Shown here one piece after another: positions 42,401 through 51,708 of a DNA stretch of 64,000 bases. The notes under the pieces are model-generated. The model was not told where the DNA came from, made no database searches, and worked only from the letters and a program-made list of their open reading frames with translations. Source of the DNA: a virus; IMG/VR virus record IMGVR_UViG_3300045988_001753, positions 36,355 through 100,354 of that record, one strand, 5' to 3'. The translations under genes and the position numbers were made by a program. Within the stretch, counting starts at the first letter, position 1, and the number at the start of each line of letters is the position of its first letter.

Positions 42401-44076
42401 TTAAATTTGAATAACCCATCTGTATCAGATGTATCAAATTTTGCCAAGACATATACTTCTATAATAGTATCAGCAAAGGGCTTTATAATACTACTGGTAG
42501 ATGATACGAATTTTCTGCTAAGATATTCATTTAATTCTAATATATCATTAGTATCTGTAGTGATACTCTTTAGATTTTCCAGTACCTGATACAGCAAATG
42601 GCTCTTCTTCTGCAATACCAAAGGAATTTGATACTGATAATTATAATTACTACCTTCTGATACATTGAATAACTCCCAAGCTGGATAATTTGTTGCAGTA
42701 GGATATACACTTTGCCTATACCACCTTGATATATATTTATCAGTAGCATCACTTTTACCGAAGTTAAGGTATTTGAATGCTGCATTGCCTTCATTACAAG
42801 GTCTATCTCCTACTAATATGAAAGCCTGAACATATCCATCTTCCTCTACAACAAAATCATCATCAATAGATATTATTACCTGACCATATTTATAATCCTC
42901 AGATGTTATATGTCTTTTATTAACTATAGTAGTTATACCTTCTGCATCAGGGGTTCCTATACTCTTGGAGAAATTTACTTGTATAAATGTAGTATCAGGA
43001 AATGCAATATTCTCATCATATTTGATGAATGGGGTTATAATTACACTAAAGGTATCTCCCTTTTTAACAGGCACATAGGAACACAAGCCAGCATTGTCAT
43101 TAGAGTATTTCTTTACATACTGTGAACCATAGAAGGAGATTCCATACTGAGTATTTTTATTTATCTCAATAAGGTATGATACCTTATTTACTATATCCAT
43201 TTGCTCTAAAAGAGAGTCTATATCTGGTCTATCAATCAAAGTTCTGATTGCAAAATCAAGATATGGATGATATGGAGATACAACATCTTCAGTGTAGAAG
43301 GTTATAGTAGGATAAGTACCAGACTCTACAGTGGGGAAATTAGTTACATCTGCGAGTATGTAACATTGCCCCCAATCATCATTGGGGTCATTTCTAAATA
43401 GAATATACTTGTTCTCTATTAGAGAAGAAATACTACCTATAAACTGAATAGTCTTATACCATCCCCCACTGTGATAGAATCCACCTGAAAGAAAATATGA
43501 TGAAGAGCTTTTACTATAGCTGGAAAGTCTAAAATCTGATAATCCTTCTACATCCAAACTAAACTTTGGTACTATCTTACAGGATAACATTCCATTGGCA
43601 AACTCCTCAACTGTAGAAGCTGCTGATTTGACAGGAAATCCACCACTATATCTTCTTATAGCATCAGTAGTAGCTTTTTGACTGATAGCTACATCCTCAG
43701 ATGTACCTAACTCTTGAGCCATATTAGTAGAGTCAGATAATAGACTCCAGTATTCCTGATTACTCCAATCAGATACACTATTTCCATTAAACTGGTATGT
43801 TACCCATCCATTTTCTGTCAAGAATCTACCCTGAAATCCAAGTACTCTATCCTCTGAAGGCACTTTGGCAATAGCTTGAGCTAAAGTTAATACTTCTGCT
43901 GTATGGTCATCATTGTAGTTAGTAGATATATTTACCGTGCCTCTCCTATTAAGGATGTGGTCAAGCCTCTCATTATTCTCATCATAGACAGCCTTGACAG
44001 AAGTAACAGGATATACATCAGTAGTCTGTGTACCACCTACTAATTCATTTTCTAAAATCTTCTTTATTTTTCCCAT
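39463..44076 (-). CDS. tail fibre/receptor-binding protein with internally duplicated module and C-terminal SGNH (GDSL) esterase domain
   Basis: 1537 aa. ILIIGDSTNENG (GDS at nt ~40441-40449) and the C-terminal EGVHPSDPGYQQIGD are SGNH blocks I and V. A ~350-aa module occurs twice (KYLNFGKSD...WYRQS...YQYQIPLVL vs KYLNFGKTE...WYRQS...YQYQIPLIL). Confidence 0.7.
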   Translation of the reverse strand: MGKIKKILENELVGGTQTTDVYPVTSVKAVYDENNERLDHILNRRGTVNISTNYNDDHTAEVLTLAQAIAKVPSEDRVLGFQGRFLTENGWVTYQFNGNSVSDWSNQEYWSLLSDSTNMAQELGTSEDVAISQKATTDAIRRYSGGFPVKSAASTVEEFANGMLSCKIVPKFSLDVEGLSDFRLSSYSKSSSSYFLSGGFYHSGGWYKTIQFIGSISSLIENKYILFRNDPNDDWGQCYILADVTNFPTVESGTYPTITFYTEDVVSPYHPYLDFAIRTLIDRPDIDSLLEQMDIVNKVSYLIEINKNTQYGISFYGSQYVKKYSNDNAGLCSYVPVKKGDTFSVIITPFIKYDENIAFPDTTFIQVNFSKSIGTPDAEGITTIVNKRHITSEDYKYGQVIISIDDDFVVEEDGYVQAFILVGDRPCNEGNAAFKYLNFGKSDATDKYISRWYRQSVYPTATNYPAWELFNVSEGSNYNYQYQIPLVLQKKSHLLYQVLENLKSITTDTNDILELNEYLSRKFVSSTSSIIKPFADTIIEVYVLAKFDTSDTDGLFKFNGWSSLHNISGGIYKDGNWVHTVGINKTDVEIGGLTLWYGENEYFQVALLGDDSKWVTPELGTYPSFQVKLDKVSKPVHPTIWSAINKRDISILDANSVKESVDYAYTEHYGNLLDLSQAILYTGDNTGLCQYVRLTTTTTKVSTIETQFYKVSELRKGTKLMVGIFDLGSLVNPTDSPDLFTVVNRDLQLSDFVNNQLIISLDDVDIAVGSVVQVVIFTGELSTISSGVRMKYLNFGKTEPEFKDELSSWYRQSNGPTEEVPIPRGWGFFNNTGAYAYQYQIPLILKDNSTYTRLKDRVSALEESYLPKSNTVQEAEDNSNYGSYYDNSHWKILQDNGCRVLYAVTRSQITFDRIYTTLCQSSSIVSNKECKLRVYVLDRQVTTSDLRGEEGFILEKSINPYTDLPTRSNKTFYAIDLPDRVTVDANKTISVVLFDPDDTLESGIAPISSWVYEGDEEYHDSLQLVYRCSSYNYDTQVFGLGYFSYANMVTYNNYIGNIEPIFAIIGESGDTLRRDIDSNSQRIAELEESGDTSKFTSRSILPATLHAAVGLEFNLYYDGFNLLPDYGKGEPSWMFNIQSEIESQWKALNYRSYQRTMQSSDIGKHTLTIDYYNNKNQKFSTESPDERFTVGLEVVDNVNPSTQKRILIIGDSTNENGNVANRIYKNFHEEATGGIAPIMLGTRSDSTKTWRHEARTEKTYSMFANGETVIRVDFNVPEGFTEDDIATANPSPYYNIGGANVYLRHLWHLNGDGTGYAIGYNNSSVDTSWTGTATKTSGAASMPSSIEVTRVQRLSGWSPFKNNEGVGTLDFGYYRTVILGLEEDEKIDLMLSDLGINDIYTGSKTQTDINNIVNNAKKLIDAYLADGNGKFAICYPKSRSSAIADSDRRHYPMRIDMQSLREALVKTFDNGAYNENVLICGSGMQIDRWYGYPLAAANVASRISIQETKPTEGVHPSDPGYQQIGDAMTATIWAVLQ
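41520..43650 (-). repeat. tandem intragenic duplication (two ~1.05-kb divergent copies) in the fibre gene
   Basis: Matching protein blocks between the copies: GTYPTITF/GTYPSFQV, NAGLCSYVPV/NTGLCQYVRL, KYLNFGK...YQYQIPL. The motif ends lie at nt ~42600-42780 and ~41540-41710. Confidence 0.65.
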
Positions 44077-44086
44077 TTCTTTTCTA

Positions 44087-44293
44087 TTATGATATTACTA
44101 TATCTGGAACATCTCCTACATACTGAAATACTAACTGACCCACAGATTCTATGGTAATATCTATCAAGATAGGAGTCCAGCCACCATTATAGAAAAATAG
44201 CTTGAAGTTCCCATCTGGTAATGGCTTTAGCCATCCTACATTTGTATCTGTAGGCTCAGTACTACTAATCAATAAATTTCTTACTACTTTCAT
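44087..44293 (-). CDS. small hypothetical tail-module protein
   Basis: 68 aa, ATG start, tightly packed. Confidence 0.6.
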   Translation of the reverse strand: MKVVRNLLISSTEPTDTNVGWLKPLPDGNFKLFFYNGGWTPILIDITIESVGQLVFQYVGDVPDIVIS

Positions 44294-44301
44294 CTTTTTT
44301 T

Positions 44302-44979
44302 TTATGATTGTAATGCTCCTGAAGCTCTAAGTGCTGACAACAAAGCATTAACCTTAGCACATATTGCAGCAGCATCCTCAGTACCAGCCAAATCTGCAAC
44401 TGCTGCTGCCATCAATACCCCACCTCTTACTGAGGTAGAAGCATTAGGTAATGTATAATTATTAGCATTAGAAGCTATATTATCTAACTTAGATTTATCA
44501 GCAGCACTCATAAGACCATTAGCTGATGGAGTTGCTGCATTATAGGTAGTATTAGTATCAGTCCAAGGCACATTAACCTTCATGGTACCATCAGAGTTAA
44601 CCTGCACATTGTAATCTCTTTCTGATGTAGTGCCAGTAGTGGCAGACTTAACTCCACCTAAAGCAGATGCCGAGGCTATAGGAAGGGTATAAGCAGAAGG
44701 AATAGTAGGCTTATTACTTAAATCATTATATGAGCCACTCGTAGCTACAGCAGCTAAGGTAGGAAAGTCAGTTATATCTGACTTTGTATGGGTATGTGAT
44801 GATGGAGCAAAAGTTTTAGGCTTGTCTTCAATATCATCCCACTTTATAGTAGGAGCATCCTGACCCTTAATATCTTGCCATCCATTCTCTCCATAGTATT
44901 TAAGTTTTCCACCATTAAGCCATAAGTTCTGAATACTTGGAGCTTTTATATCTTCTATAATATCTCTAAATCTTCTCAT
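44302..44979 (-). CDS. tail fibre/collar-type protein with phage fibre repeats
   Basis: 225 aa. SGSYNDLSNKPTIP and the repeated YTLP..AS..LGGVK / YTLPNASTSVRGGV motifs are typical of phage tail-fibre repeats. Confidence 0.6.
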   Translation of the reverse strand: MRRFRDIIEDIKAPSIQNLWLNGGKLKYYGENGWQDIKGQDAPTIKWDDIEDKPKTFAPSSHTHTKSDITDFPTLAAVATSGSYNDLSNKPTIPSAYTLPIASASALGGVKSATTGTTSERDYNVQVNSDGTMKVNVPWTDTNTTYNAATPSANGLMSAADKSKLDNIASNANNYTLPNASTSVRGGVLMAAAVADLAGTEDAAAICAKVNALLSALRASGALQS

Positions 44980-47393
44980 TTTTGAGTTGTTTTATTTGAA
45001 GTTTTATTTATTTGCTTTTCCTTCAATCTTGCATCAGTACTTGCCTTAGTCTTATCAAGCTCAAGCCTTTCCCTGTCAAGTTTTATTCTTTCATCAAATT
45101 CTCTTATTTGCTCCATTAGCTTATCCTTAGCCTCTTGTGAATATTCAGGTTCTATTATACCATCATCTTCACTATTCTTGCTATAAGCCTGCATCTGTGC
45201 AATAAGAATCTTTGTCTCATTATCTCTTTGGTTAAGAGCATCTTCCTGTTGCATCTTAGCCTGTTCCATCTGAGCCTTCTGTTCTATCTCCTGTTGCTGT
45301 ACTTGCAACTGCTGTTGCTGAGCTTGAGCTTGTCTTTCTTGAATACTTCTTTCATCCTTTTCAACAAGTCTCTGCTTCTCAGCAAGTGAAGATGAACTGA
45401 ATAACTTCATAATAGTTGAGAATGATAGAGTCTGGTTCTGCAATGCTGCCTGAGCTAAAGTATCAAGTTTTGAGTTTAATTCTTGAATGCCATTACTATT
45501 GTCTACTACAAGACCATAATCAGCTTCTGCAAATTCATCACCATCTATCTCCATAACTCTCATTGAATTATCTGATAAGATGTATTGGAATTTCTTGCTT
45601 CTGCCTCTCAATGCTATCTTAGCTGTTTCAAGCAAGCACTCTAATGCTCTCTTCTTGACATCCTCATGTACTACAAATAGCCACTCTGTAATGTGAGAAG
45701 ACTGCATCATACTTCTCTCTACTCCACCTACTGTTTCTCTATTACTTACCTGACCTTCTCTTTGCTTAGTAATACCAGCAACTTCTGCCATTTCCATCTT
45801 GATAAATTCAAGAAGATTAATGTATTGCTGTATCTGATTGCCATCAGAAGCTGTAATTACACCAGTAGAAGCATTGTTTAATGCACCTGCAAGTTTACCT
45901 GTAGCTGCACCTACATTACCTTCATTGAAGCTATCTTCTACTGCAAGACCCATAGTCTTTGCATAGTATAACCATTTCTCTACATCCCATCCCTTAGGTT
46001 TCTTGGCAAAATCTAATCTCACCAATGAACCCCAGTTTCTTGCTATCAGCTTATTTAATCTATCATGTATTGCATCATACAAATAGTTATATGGCTTCAT
46101 CATATCCACCAAGCTGAATGGTCTGTTGTCATTAAGGTTATAAATAGAGCCTACAATTCCAAAGTGACATCTTGAAGGGTTACTTAGTCTGTTATATTGA
46201 ACTACTCTTGGTCTCATATTGACATAAATGTCTGTACCAATCTTAGTTCCTTCCCATGCTTCATTGATGTAGAATATCTGCTCTTCTTCTCCAGCATCCT
46301 TATCTATTACATAAGTCTCTGGGTAGAAGTTAAATACTTCTTCACCTGTTTGAGGGTCATAACTCCTTACCTTCTTAATCTTTCTTCTTGACTTCCAATA
46401 TACTCTAAGTACTCTCAGGTTTCCTGCAACATCATAAGGAAGAAGTGAGTTATTAACTCCATCATATCCTCCTAATGGGTCCCAAAAGAATCCCTCTGTA
46501 CTTATTTCATCCCCTATCATATGATTATTGACAAAGCCATATCTCTCATCAATATTATCCATAGAGTCTGTAGCAGCTTGACCTACATGGTCAGGCATTT
46601 TCTCTATATACTCCATGTCTTTCTTTGTCAATACATCATAGTAAGTATCAATAACCTTGCCTGGACTCCAATAATCTTCGAGGATTATCATATCTGCATC
46701 CTCAATCTTATTGCTATATCCTGACTTAAAGATTCTCACTTTGAGTGGATTCAATCTTTCAATAGTAGGCTCACCTCCTACAATATCACATTGGTAAATC
46801 TCTTCACCAACTGCCATTGCATCCATGAATCCCTGATTGAACATTAAAGGAATATTCAACTCCTTTACATAATGGTTAAGAAGGGCATTAGCCCTAATTT
46901 CCCTCATGTCCTGCCACTCATAGGTGTAGTAATCATTTATCTTTTCAAGCTCTTGGTTAGCCTCCTCTTCTGATTGAGAAGTATTAGATACCCATTCCTG
47001 TAGCTTCTGTAGTAATTCTTGCTTCTTGTTATTCTCTATCTCTGTAATAGCATTAGGATTAGTAACTACTACTTTGAAGTCAAAGACTCTCTTACTTTCC
47101 TCACCTCTAAGCACATTCAACTTACTATTCATAATAGGATAGTGTTGAATCCTATCAGGTATGAAACCTGCCTGTAGCTTTTCAGGATTCAGTATCATCT
47201 CAAGGTCACTCATGTGTAGTTTACCATTGAGCAAGTCATAGTTAATTTTCTTATGTATTACAGATTTTCTAACTAAGCTATAATTGAAGAAGGTCTTACT
47301 GTCTGCCCAATCCAAGTGCTTCTTCCTCCAAGCTTTATTTTTCTTACTGAAGGGAAGTTGCTGTGGAGGCAAATTTATCATTTCATATCCCAT
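44976..47393 (-). CDS. portal protein
   Basis: 805 aa, immediately downstream of the large terminase. C-terminal Gln-rich coiled coil (QAQAQQQQLQVQQQEIEQKAQMEQ). Size and order fit crAss-like portals. Confidence 0.65.
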   Translation of the reverse strand: MGYEMINLPPQQLPFSKKNKAWRKKHLDWADSKTFFNYSLVRKSVIHKKINYDLLNGKLHMSDLEMILNPEKLQAGFIPDRIQHYPIMNSKLNVLRGEESKRVFDFKVVVTNPNAITEIENNKKQELLQKLQEWVSNTSQSEEEANQELEKINDYYTYEWQDMREIRANALLNHYVKELNIPLMFNQGFMDAMAVGEEIYQCDIVGGEPTIERLNPLKVRIFKSGYSNKIEDADMIILEDYWSPGKVIDTYYDVLTKKDMEYIEKMPDHVGQAATDSMDNIDERYGFVNNHMIGDEISTEGFFWDPLGGYDGVNNSLLPYDVAGNLRVLRVYWKSRRKIKKVRSYDPQTGEEVFNFYPETYVIDKDAGEEEQIFYINEAWEGTKIGTDIYVNMRPRVVQYNRLSNPSRCHFGIVGSIYNLNDNRPFSLVDMMKPYNYLYDAIHDRLNKLIARNWGSLVRLDFAKKPKGWDVEKWLYYAKTMGLAVEDSFNEGNVGAATGKLAGALNNASTGVITASDGNQIQQYINLLEFIKMEMAEVAGITKQREGQVSNRETVGGVERSMMQSSHITEWLFVVHEDVKKRALECLLETAKIALRGRSKKFQYILSDNSMRVMEIDGDEFAEADYGLVVDNSNGIQELNSKLDTLAQAALQNQTLSFSTIMKLFSSSSLAEKQRLVEKDERSIQERQAQAQQQQLQVQQQEIEQKAQMEQAKMQQEDALNQRDNETKILIAQMQAYSKNSEDDGIIEPEYSQEAKDKLMEQIREFDERIKLDRERLELDKTKASTDARLKEKQINKTSNKTTQK

Positions 47394-47416
47394 TATACTT
47401 CAATTTAATTACTGTG

Positions 47417-47448
47417 CAAAGGTAAGTAAAATCCTTGACCTATGCAAG
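47417..47448 (-). promoter_or_regulatory. Bacteroidota-type promoter (-7 TACCTTTG, -33 CTTGCA)
   Basis: The minus strand reads CTTGCATAGGTCAAGGATTTTACTTACCTTTGCA, 24 nt before the portal ATG. Confidence 0.65.
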
Positions 47449-47492
47449 TATATAAGTAATTTATTAACCATCAGTCTCCATTTTTACTAAAT

Positions 47493-49793
47493 TTACTGCC
47501 TAAACCTAAAGTCATAGTTCCTCTTGAAGAATGGGTCATTACCATCATAGCTATTATTAGCCCTCTCCTGCTTTTCCTTACTAACATCTCCTTGGTATCT
47601 TATCATTCTATCTTCCCTTAGAAGCATCAGCATACCCATAGCAGATATTCTATCGAAGTTACCCTCAGAGTTGTAATTAATAAGCTCTTTCAGCAGTGCT
47701 CTGTTCCTTACAGTAAATAGTCTTGGAACCATTACCTCTTTCTCTTCTCCATCAATAGTTTGCATAATAGGAACTGGAGCTAATAGCCAGCTTCTCAATC
47801 TACTTCTTGCATAAGCATTAATGGCAGGAGAGGCATTAGTACCTTTTGACTTGTTACCATAGCCATCTTTCATCATCTGCTTTTCCTTTAAGAAATCAAG
47901 GACATCTGTAAGAAGATAGAGACTATTTCTTGTCGAGAAGTGAGAGAATAGACCTTTTTTATTGTACTCATAGTTCAGCCTGCCATTGTAGAATAGACAA
48001 AGCTTTCTACAAATCTCATAGTAATCATCAGCAAAAGGAGGTCTTCCAGTGTATTCAGCTACTATCCTATCTGTCCATAAATCCAGTACAAATATAGAAC
48101 CTAAAGACATAGTATTTGATTCATCATCATCATAAGGGTCAGCACCTAATATATACCTATCATTGTATGGCTTGCCTGTATTCCTATCAATCTCAGGTAA
48201 CTGATATATTTCAATAGCACCCTCTATCTTATTATCCTTATGTGGGAAATCCCTAATAGGTGTAGCAGAGGTAGGTTTATACTCCACCTGACCATCTTTA
48301 TTGAATACCAAATCACCTACATACACATCATCATACTCTGTAGGATTAGCATCCAATTGTCCTATTCTTTCAGTCAAGTCAGCTACAGGGAACATATTTA
48401 CACCTGTCTTAACAATAGCTTCAGCAGGAGTAATAGGAACCTCAGCAATAGTCTTAATAATAGTGTTAGGGTCAGTAGAATTGTACTTTACCCTATACCT
48501 ATTCATAAGAATTTCAATCAGAGCCTTAATTACATCAGATACACCATTCTCATTATAACATCCCTTTCTATTCACATAGCCAGGAAAGAAGAATACAAAG
48601 TAAGGTTTACCTTGGTTGTACTTATCAAATACATTAGGTAAAGCATACATATTATAACCTTTAGGGTTATACATGATTTCCTGAGCACCAGCAAAGTCTG
48701 ACTCATTATCACCAGCAGTACCTAACATATAGATTTGTCCAAAGACAATATCACCTTCCTGTACTGAAGGTAAAAGCACATTATACAAATCAACTAATCT
48801 TGGGAATGTACCAAACTCTTCAATTAAAATCTTAGCAGCTCTCTTACCTCTCAACTTGGACTCATCATCCTTAGATGATACTCCAAGTACTGTATTCTGA
48901 GTACCTCTTTCAATATCCAACTCTACATCCTTATACCCCATTATCCATGTCATTTCCTGTAAAGAGTTCTTTAATCTCTTTCTTGGAAACTGGGTATTGG
49001 TTGCACAGAAGTTAGCCATATCTACAAACTTGTTAAGGACACCATCCTTAGTAAGATACTCCTTCTGATAGGCAGTCACTATACCCTTTACCTTTTCATG
49101 TGCTTCCTCATTCTCACCTACCACAAAGATATGGTTAAGTATAGATGCAAGACTATATGACTTACCTTTACCTCTGGAAGCAAGTTCAGCCATGTGCTGA
49201 CCTCCCTCAAAGTTATTATACAAGCCACCATTTGATGCTTGGTCTAAGCAATGGAATCTCCAATAGATACCTTCCCAACATTCAGGTAGTGCCTCTACTC
49301 TATCAGCTCTTTTGGACTTTCTCTTCTTACCATTCTTATCCTTATACTCTCTAATCTTAGAGAGCATCATAGGAGAATAGTTAAGGAACCAATACATATA
49401 TCCTGTAACCCATTCTCCATCACTTTCCCTTACATAACCATCCCAGATTCTTCTTCTTTCCTCTCTTACCCACTTACCATATTCACTATTAGGATTGGCA
49501 TTAGGTCTAAGGTTAGTAAATGTACCATACTTCTCATAATGTATAGCAGATGGTCTGAAGTAATCCATATCCTCTAATATATGAGGATTAGCCAAGTCTA
49601 CAATGATTCTACCCCTATCATCCCTTGGTCTATCCTTAGCATATTCTCTTGTAGGGCTTATCAATCTCTTGACAAACTCTACATTATTTATAATATCAAA
49701 TAATTGGTCCTGAACTTCTTGAGGAAGGCTATTAACCAATTCCTCAGTTAGCTCAGTTTGATATTTATTCATTGGTATTTTCTGAAACTCCAT
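47493..49793 (-). CDS. terL: terminase large subunit
   Basis: 766 aa. Walker A-like LASRGKGKSYSL, Walker B-like AAKILIEEFG and an acidic nuclease-type motif LGADPYDDD. It lies upstream of the portal. Confidence 0.8.
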   Translation of the reverse strand: MEFQKIPMNKYQTELTEELVNSLPQEVQDQLFDIINNVEFVKRLISPTREYAKDRPRDDRGRIIVDLANPHILEDMDYFRPSAIHYEKYGTFTNLRPNANPNSEYGKWVREERRRIWDGYVRESDGEWVTGYMYWFLNYSPMMLSKIREYKDKNGKKRKSKRADRVEALPECWEGIYWRFHCLDQASNGGLYNNFEGGQHMAELASRGKGKSYSLASILNHIFVVGENEEAHEKVKGIVTAYQKEYLTKDGVLNKFVDMANFCATNTQFPRKRLKNSLQEMTWIMGYKDVELDIERGTQNTVLGVSSKDDESKLRGKRAAKILIEEFGTFPRLVDLYNVLLPSVQEGDIVFGQIYMLGTAGDNESDFAGAQEIMYNPKGYNMYALPNVFDKYNQGKPYFVFFFPGYVNRKGCYNENGVSDVIKALIEILMNRYRVKYNSTDPNTIIKTIAEVPITPAEAIVKTGVNMFPVADLTERIGQLDANPTEYDDVYVGDLVFNKDGQVEYKPTSATPIRDFPHKDNKIEGAIEIYQLPEIDRNTGKPYNDRYILGADPYDDDESNTMSLGSIFVLDLWTDRIVAEYTGRPPFADDYYEICRKLCLFYNGRLNYEYNKKGLFSHFSTRNSLYLLTDVLDFLKEKQMMKDGYGNKSKGTNASPAINAYARSRLRSWLLAPVPIMQTIDGEEKEVMVPRLFTVRNRALLKELINYNSEGNFDRISAMGMLMLLREDRMIRYQGDVSKEKQERANNSYDGNDPFFKRNYDFRFRQ

Positions 49794-50118
49794 TATATTC
49801 TCCCTTTATAACTGCTTCATAAAAATCAGAGCCTATCCAATTGAATATTAGTGTACTCAACATGATATTCATCTCTCTTAACATATTCTCTTCCTGACCA
49901 TCAGGAACCTTAGCAGTATGCTGTACTGTTATTACTCTATAAGATTTACCTCTCTTAGTGAACCAAAGAGTGTACTTGTAAATCTTATAAACCTTGAATG
50001 AGGAATGAGGCATGATTTCTTTCTGTAATACCATGTGCCCCACATTCTCAATTCCCTTCTCACTTCTCCTTGTCTCAATATGTTTATTAAGACCTTCTAT
50101 AATATCTTCTGCTTTCAT
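49765..50118 (-). CDS. hypothetical protein
   Basis: 117 aa, ATG start. It overlaps the terL start by 29 nt. Confidence 0.6.
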   Translation of the reverse strand: MKAEDIIEGLNKHIETRRSEKGIENVGHMVLQKEIMPHSSFKVYKIYKYTLWFTKRGKSYRVITVQHTAKVPDGQEENMLREMNIMLSTLIFNWIGSDFYEAVIKGEYNGVSENTNE

Positions 50119-50120
50119 AG

Positions 50121-50660
50121 TTATAGTGCCAAGTCATCTTCAAATATAGTCTTTTCTCCCTGTCCCCTCATCTTACCTGAACTCCTCATTTCAGAGTTAA
50201 GTGCTTTCTCAGCCTCATCCAAATCCCTAATGAGAGGTGTAATCTGTTTCACAATGGCTGTAATCTCCTTAAACTCCTTAACCTCAAGACTATCAAAGTC
50301 CAGCTCTCTTAGTTTTGCTCTGAACTTATTAACCATAAACCTCGTGTCTTCAAGGAGTAATGCAGAGATTGGCTTGAATGATTTATAAAATTCCATTGCT
50401 TCTGTTACTATCCTGTCTGGTTCCCATTTAGGAGGTAATCCTTCTCCCTCTTTAATGGCTTCCATTCTCTCCTTGTCATCTACAAGGTATTGATAGTCAC
50501 TTCTTGGGTCACAAAAGAAGTATATGAAGCCAAGTTCCATAATAGCCTTATCCTTATTAACAGTCTTGTCTCTTTGCCATATCTGCCTAAATGGTTTAAG
50601 AGCAAAGGCTTCCTCAGATATTACTATCTTGTAACCCTCATATTTGAATAATTTCAACAT
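50121..50660 (-). CDS. hypothetical protein
   Basis: The track start at 50729 is TTG and would read through a T11 run. The first ATG (MLKLFKYEG) is at 50660. 179 aa. Confidence 0.6.
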   Translation of the reverse strand: MLKLFKYEGYKIVISEEAFALKPFRQIWQRDKTVNKDKAIMELGFIYFFCDPRSDYQYLVDDKERMEAIKEGEGLPPKWEPDRIVTEAMEFYKSFKPISALLLEDTRFMVNKFRAKLRELDFDSLEVKEFKEITAIVKQITPLIRDLDEAEKALNSEMRSSGKMRGQGEKTIFEDDLAL

Positions 50661-50721
50661 AAAGTCTGGTAAAAAAAAAAAGAGTGTATTAGGATTGGTT
50701 TTCCTGATACACTCTTTTGAG

Positions 50722-51147
50722 TTATACAATTAATTTCTTCTTCTCTGGTTGAATAATAGGTGAAGGAGTTGGGTCAGGAACTTCCTCATACTCTTCGATA
50801 ATGAAGTCAATATCCCTATCCTGTAGCAATAGACACTGCTTTCCATCCATCTCAACAACATCAAAATTGTAAGTAGTAACAGGATTGTCAGTTACAATTC
50901 CATCTTTAAGAGTGCCTACTTGATGTTTTCTTACTGCAAACCTTGTAGGGTTTACACACACTATATCACCTACCTTTATATCTCTTACTGAACTACCTAC
51001 TGCAAGTACAGTTTGATATTCTTTTAATCCACCCTGCTGCTTAGTAGTATCAATTAGACCACCTCTTGTAGTTACATCATGTTCATACTTATCCATTGTA
51101 GTGATAAGTGCAGTGAACATTGGCTTTATTTTCTTAACCTTCAACAT
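50722..51147 (-). CDS. GroES/Cpn10-like co-chaperonin
   Basis: IKPMFTALIT...TTRGGLID...TVLAVGSSVRDIKVGDIVCVNP...CLLLQDRDIDFIIE parallels the GroES pattern (IxPLxDRV..., GGI, VxAVG, VKVGDxV, DILAxxE). The track start is TTG and the ATG is at 51147. Confidence 0.55.
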   Translation of the reverse strand: MLKVKKIKPMFTALITTMDKYEHDVTTRGGLIDTTKQQGGLKEYQTVLAVGSSVRDIKVGDIVCVNPTRFAVRKHQVGTLKDGIVTDNPVTTYNFDVVEMDGKQCLLLQDRDIDFIIEEYEEVPDPTPSPIIQPEKKKLIV

Positions 51148-51442
51148 ACTCAATAACTTTTATACCATATTCTACAGCACAAGAGTGCTCAATCTTACAA
51201 CCTCTATATTTGTCCCAGTCTTTAGCAAAATATGCAGCATCTGCTACAGATAATAGCTCAATTGATTTACCCAAGAACCATAGAGGTCTTGCATCTACTG
51301 GTGCATCTTTGAAGAAGCTATCAATCACTTCTACATCATCATTGAGTACTGCCTTAGCCTCTTCCACAGCTTTGGCTCTTTCAGCTTCTATTTCTTCATT
51401 TGTCTTACCCTTCATGGGCTGACTAATAAACAATTTCTTCAT
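51134..51442 (-). CDS. DUF4406-like (nucleoside 2-deoxyribosyltransferase-fold) protein
   Basis: 102 aa. N-terminal LFISQPMKGKT and C-terminal LLSVADAAYFAKDWDKYRGCKIEHSCAVEYGIKVI match the DUF4406 pattern as I recall it. Confidence 0.45.
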   Translation of the reverse strand: MKKLFISQPMKGKTNEEIEAERAKAVEEAKAVLNDDVEVIDSFFKDAPVDARPLWFLGKSIELLSVADAAYFAKDWDKYRGCKIEHSCAVEYGIKVIEYVEG

Positions 51443-51708
51443 TTCTTCTCCCTTATCTGTTTAATAAACTTGAGTCTCTTTTTCATACCTAACATCCTAT
51501 CATAAGTGCAAGTCAGTTTACCCAGTGATGGAATGTTGAAATTTGTTCTTAACTTAGCAAAATCCTCTTCATTAAGATTCTCCTTTAATGGCAAGGACTG
51601 TATTGATTGGTTAATAAATAACCAAAATGCCTTATATGTTTTATCTACCACTTCTTTAGGTAAATTCAACTCTTCAGAAACCTTACCAATTATATCAGGA
51701 TAATTCAT
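51439..51708 (-). CDS. HU/IHF-like DNA-binding protein
   Basis: 89 aa. IIGKVSEELNLPKEVVDKTYKAFWLFI and FNIPSLGKL parallel the HU/IHF N-terminal helices and the first beta-arm. IHF-like genes are typical of crAss-like phages. Confidence 0.55.
   Translation of the reverse strand: MNYPDIIGKVSEELNLPKEVVDKTYKAFWLFINQSIQSLPLKENLNEEDFAKLRTNFNIPSLGKLTCTYDRMLGMKKRLKFIKQIREKK

Noticed and set aside
41520-43650. The repeat pair in the fibre gene as a diversity-generating retroelement TR/VR pair.
   Set aside because: Both copies are in-frame coding modules that have diverged at all base types. No reverse transcriptase gene and no adenine-specific mismatch pattern is visible in the window.
50661-50729. 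The TTG-initiated N-terminal extension of ORF 50121..50729, containing an 11-nt T run as a possible programmed slippage site.
   Set aside because: A conventional ATG (50660) lies downstream and the extension has no supporting signal. The homopolymer is more simply a 5' UTR feature.
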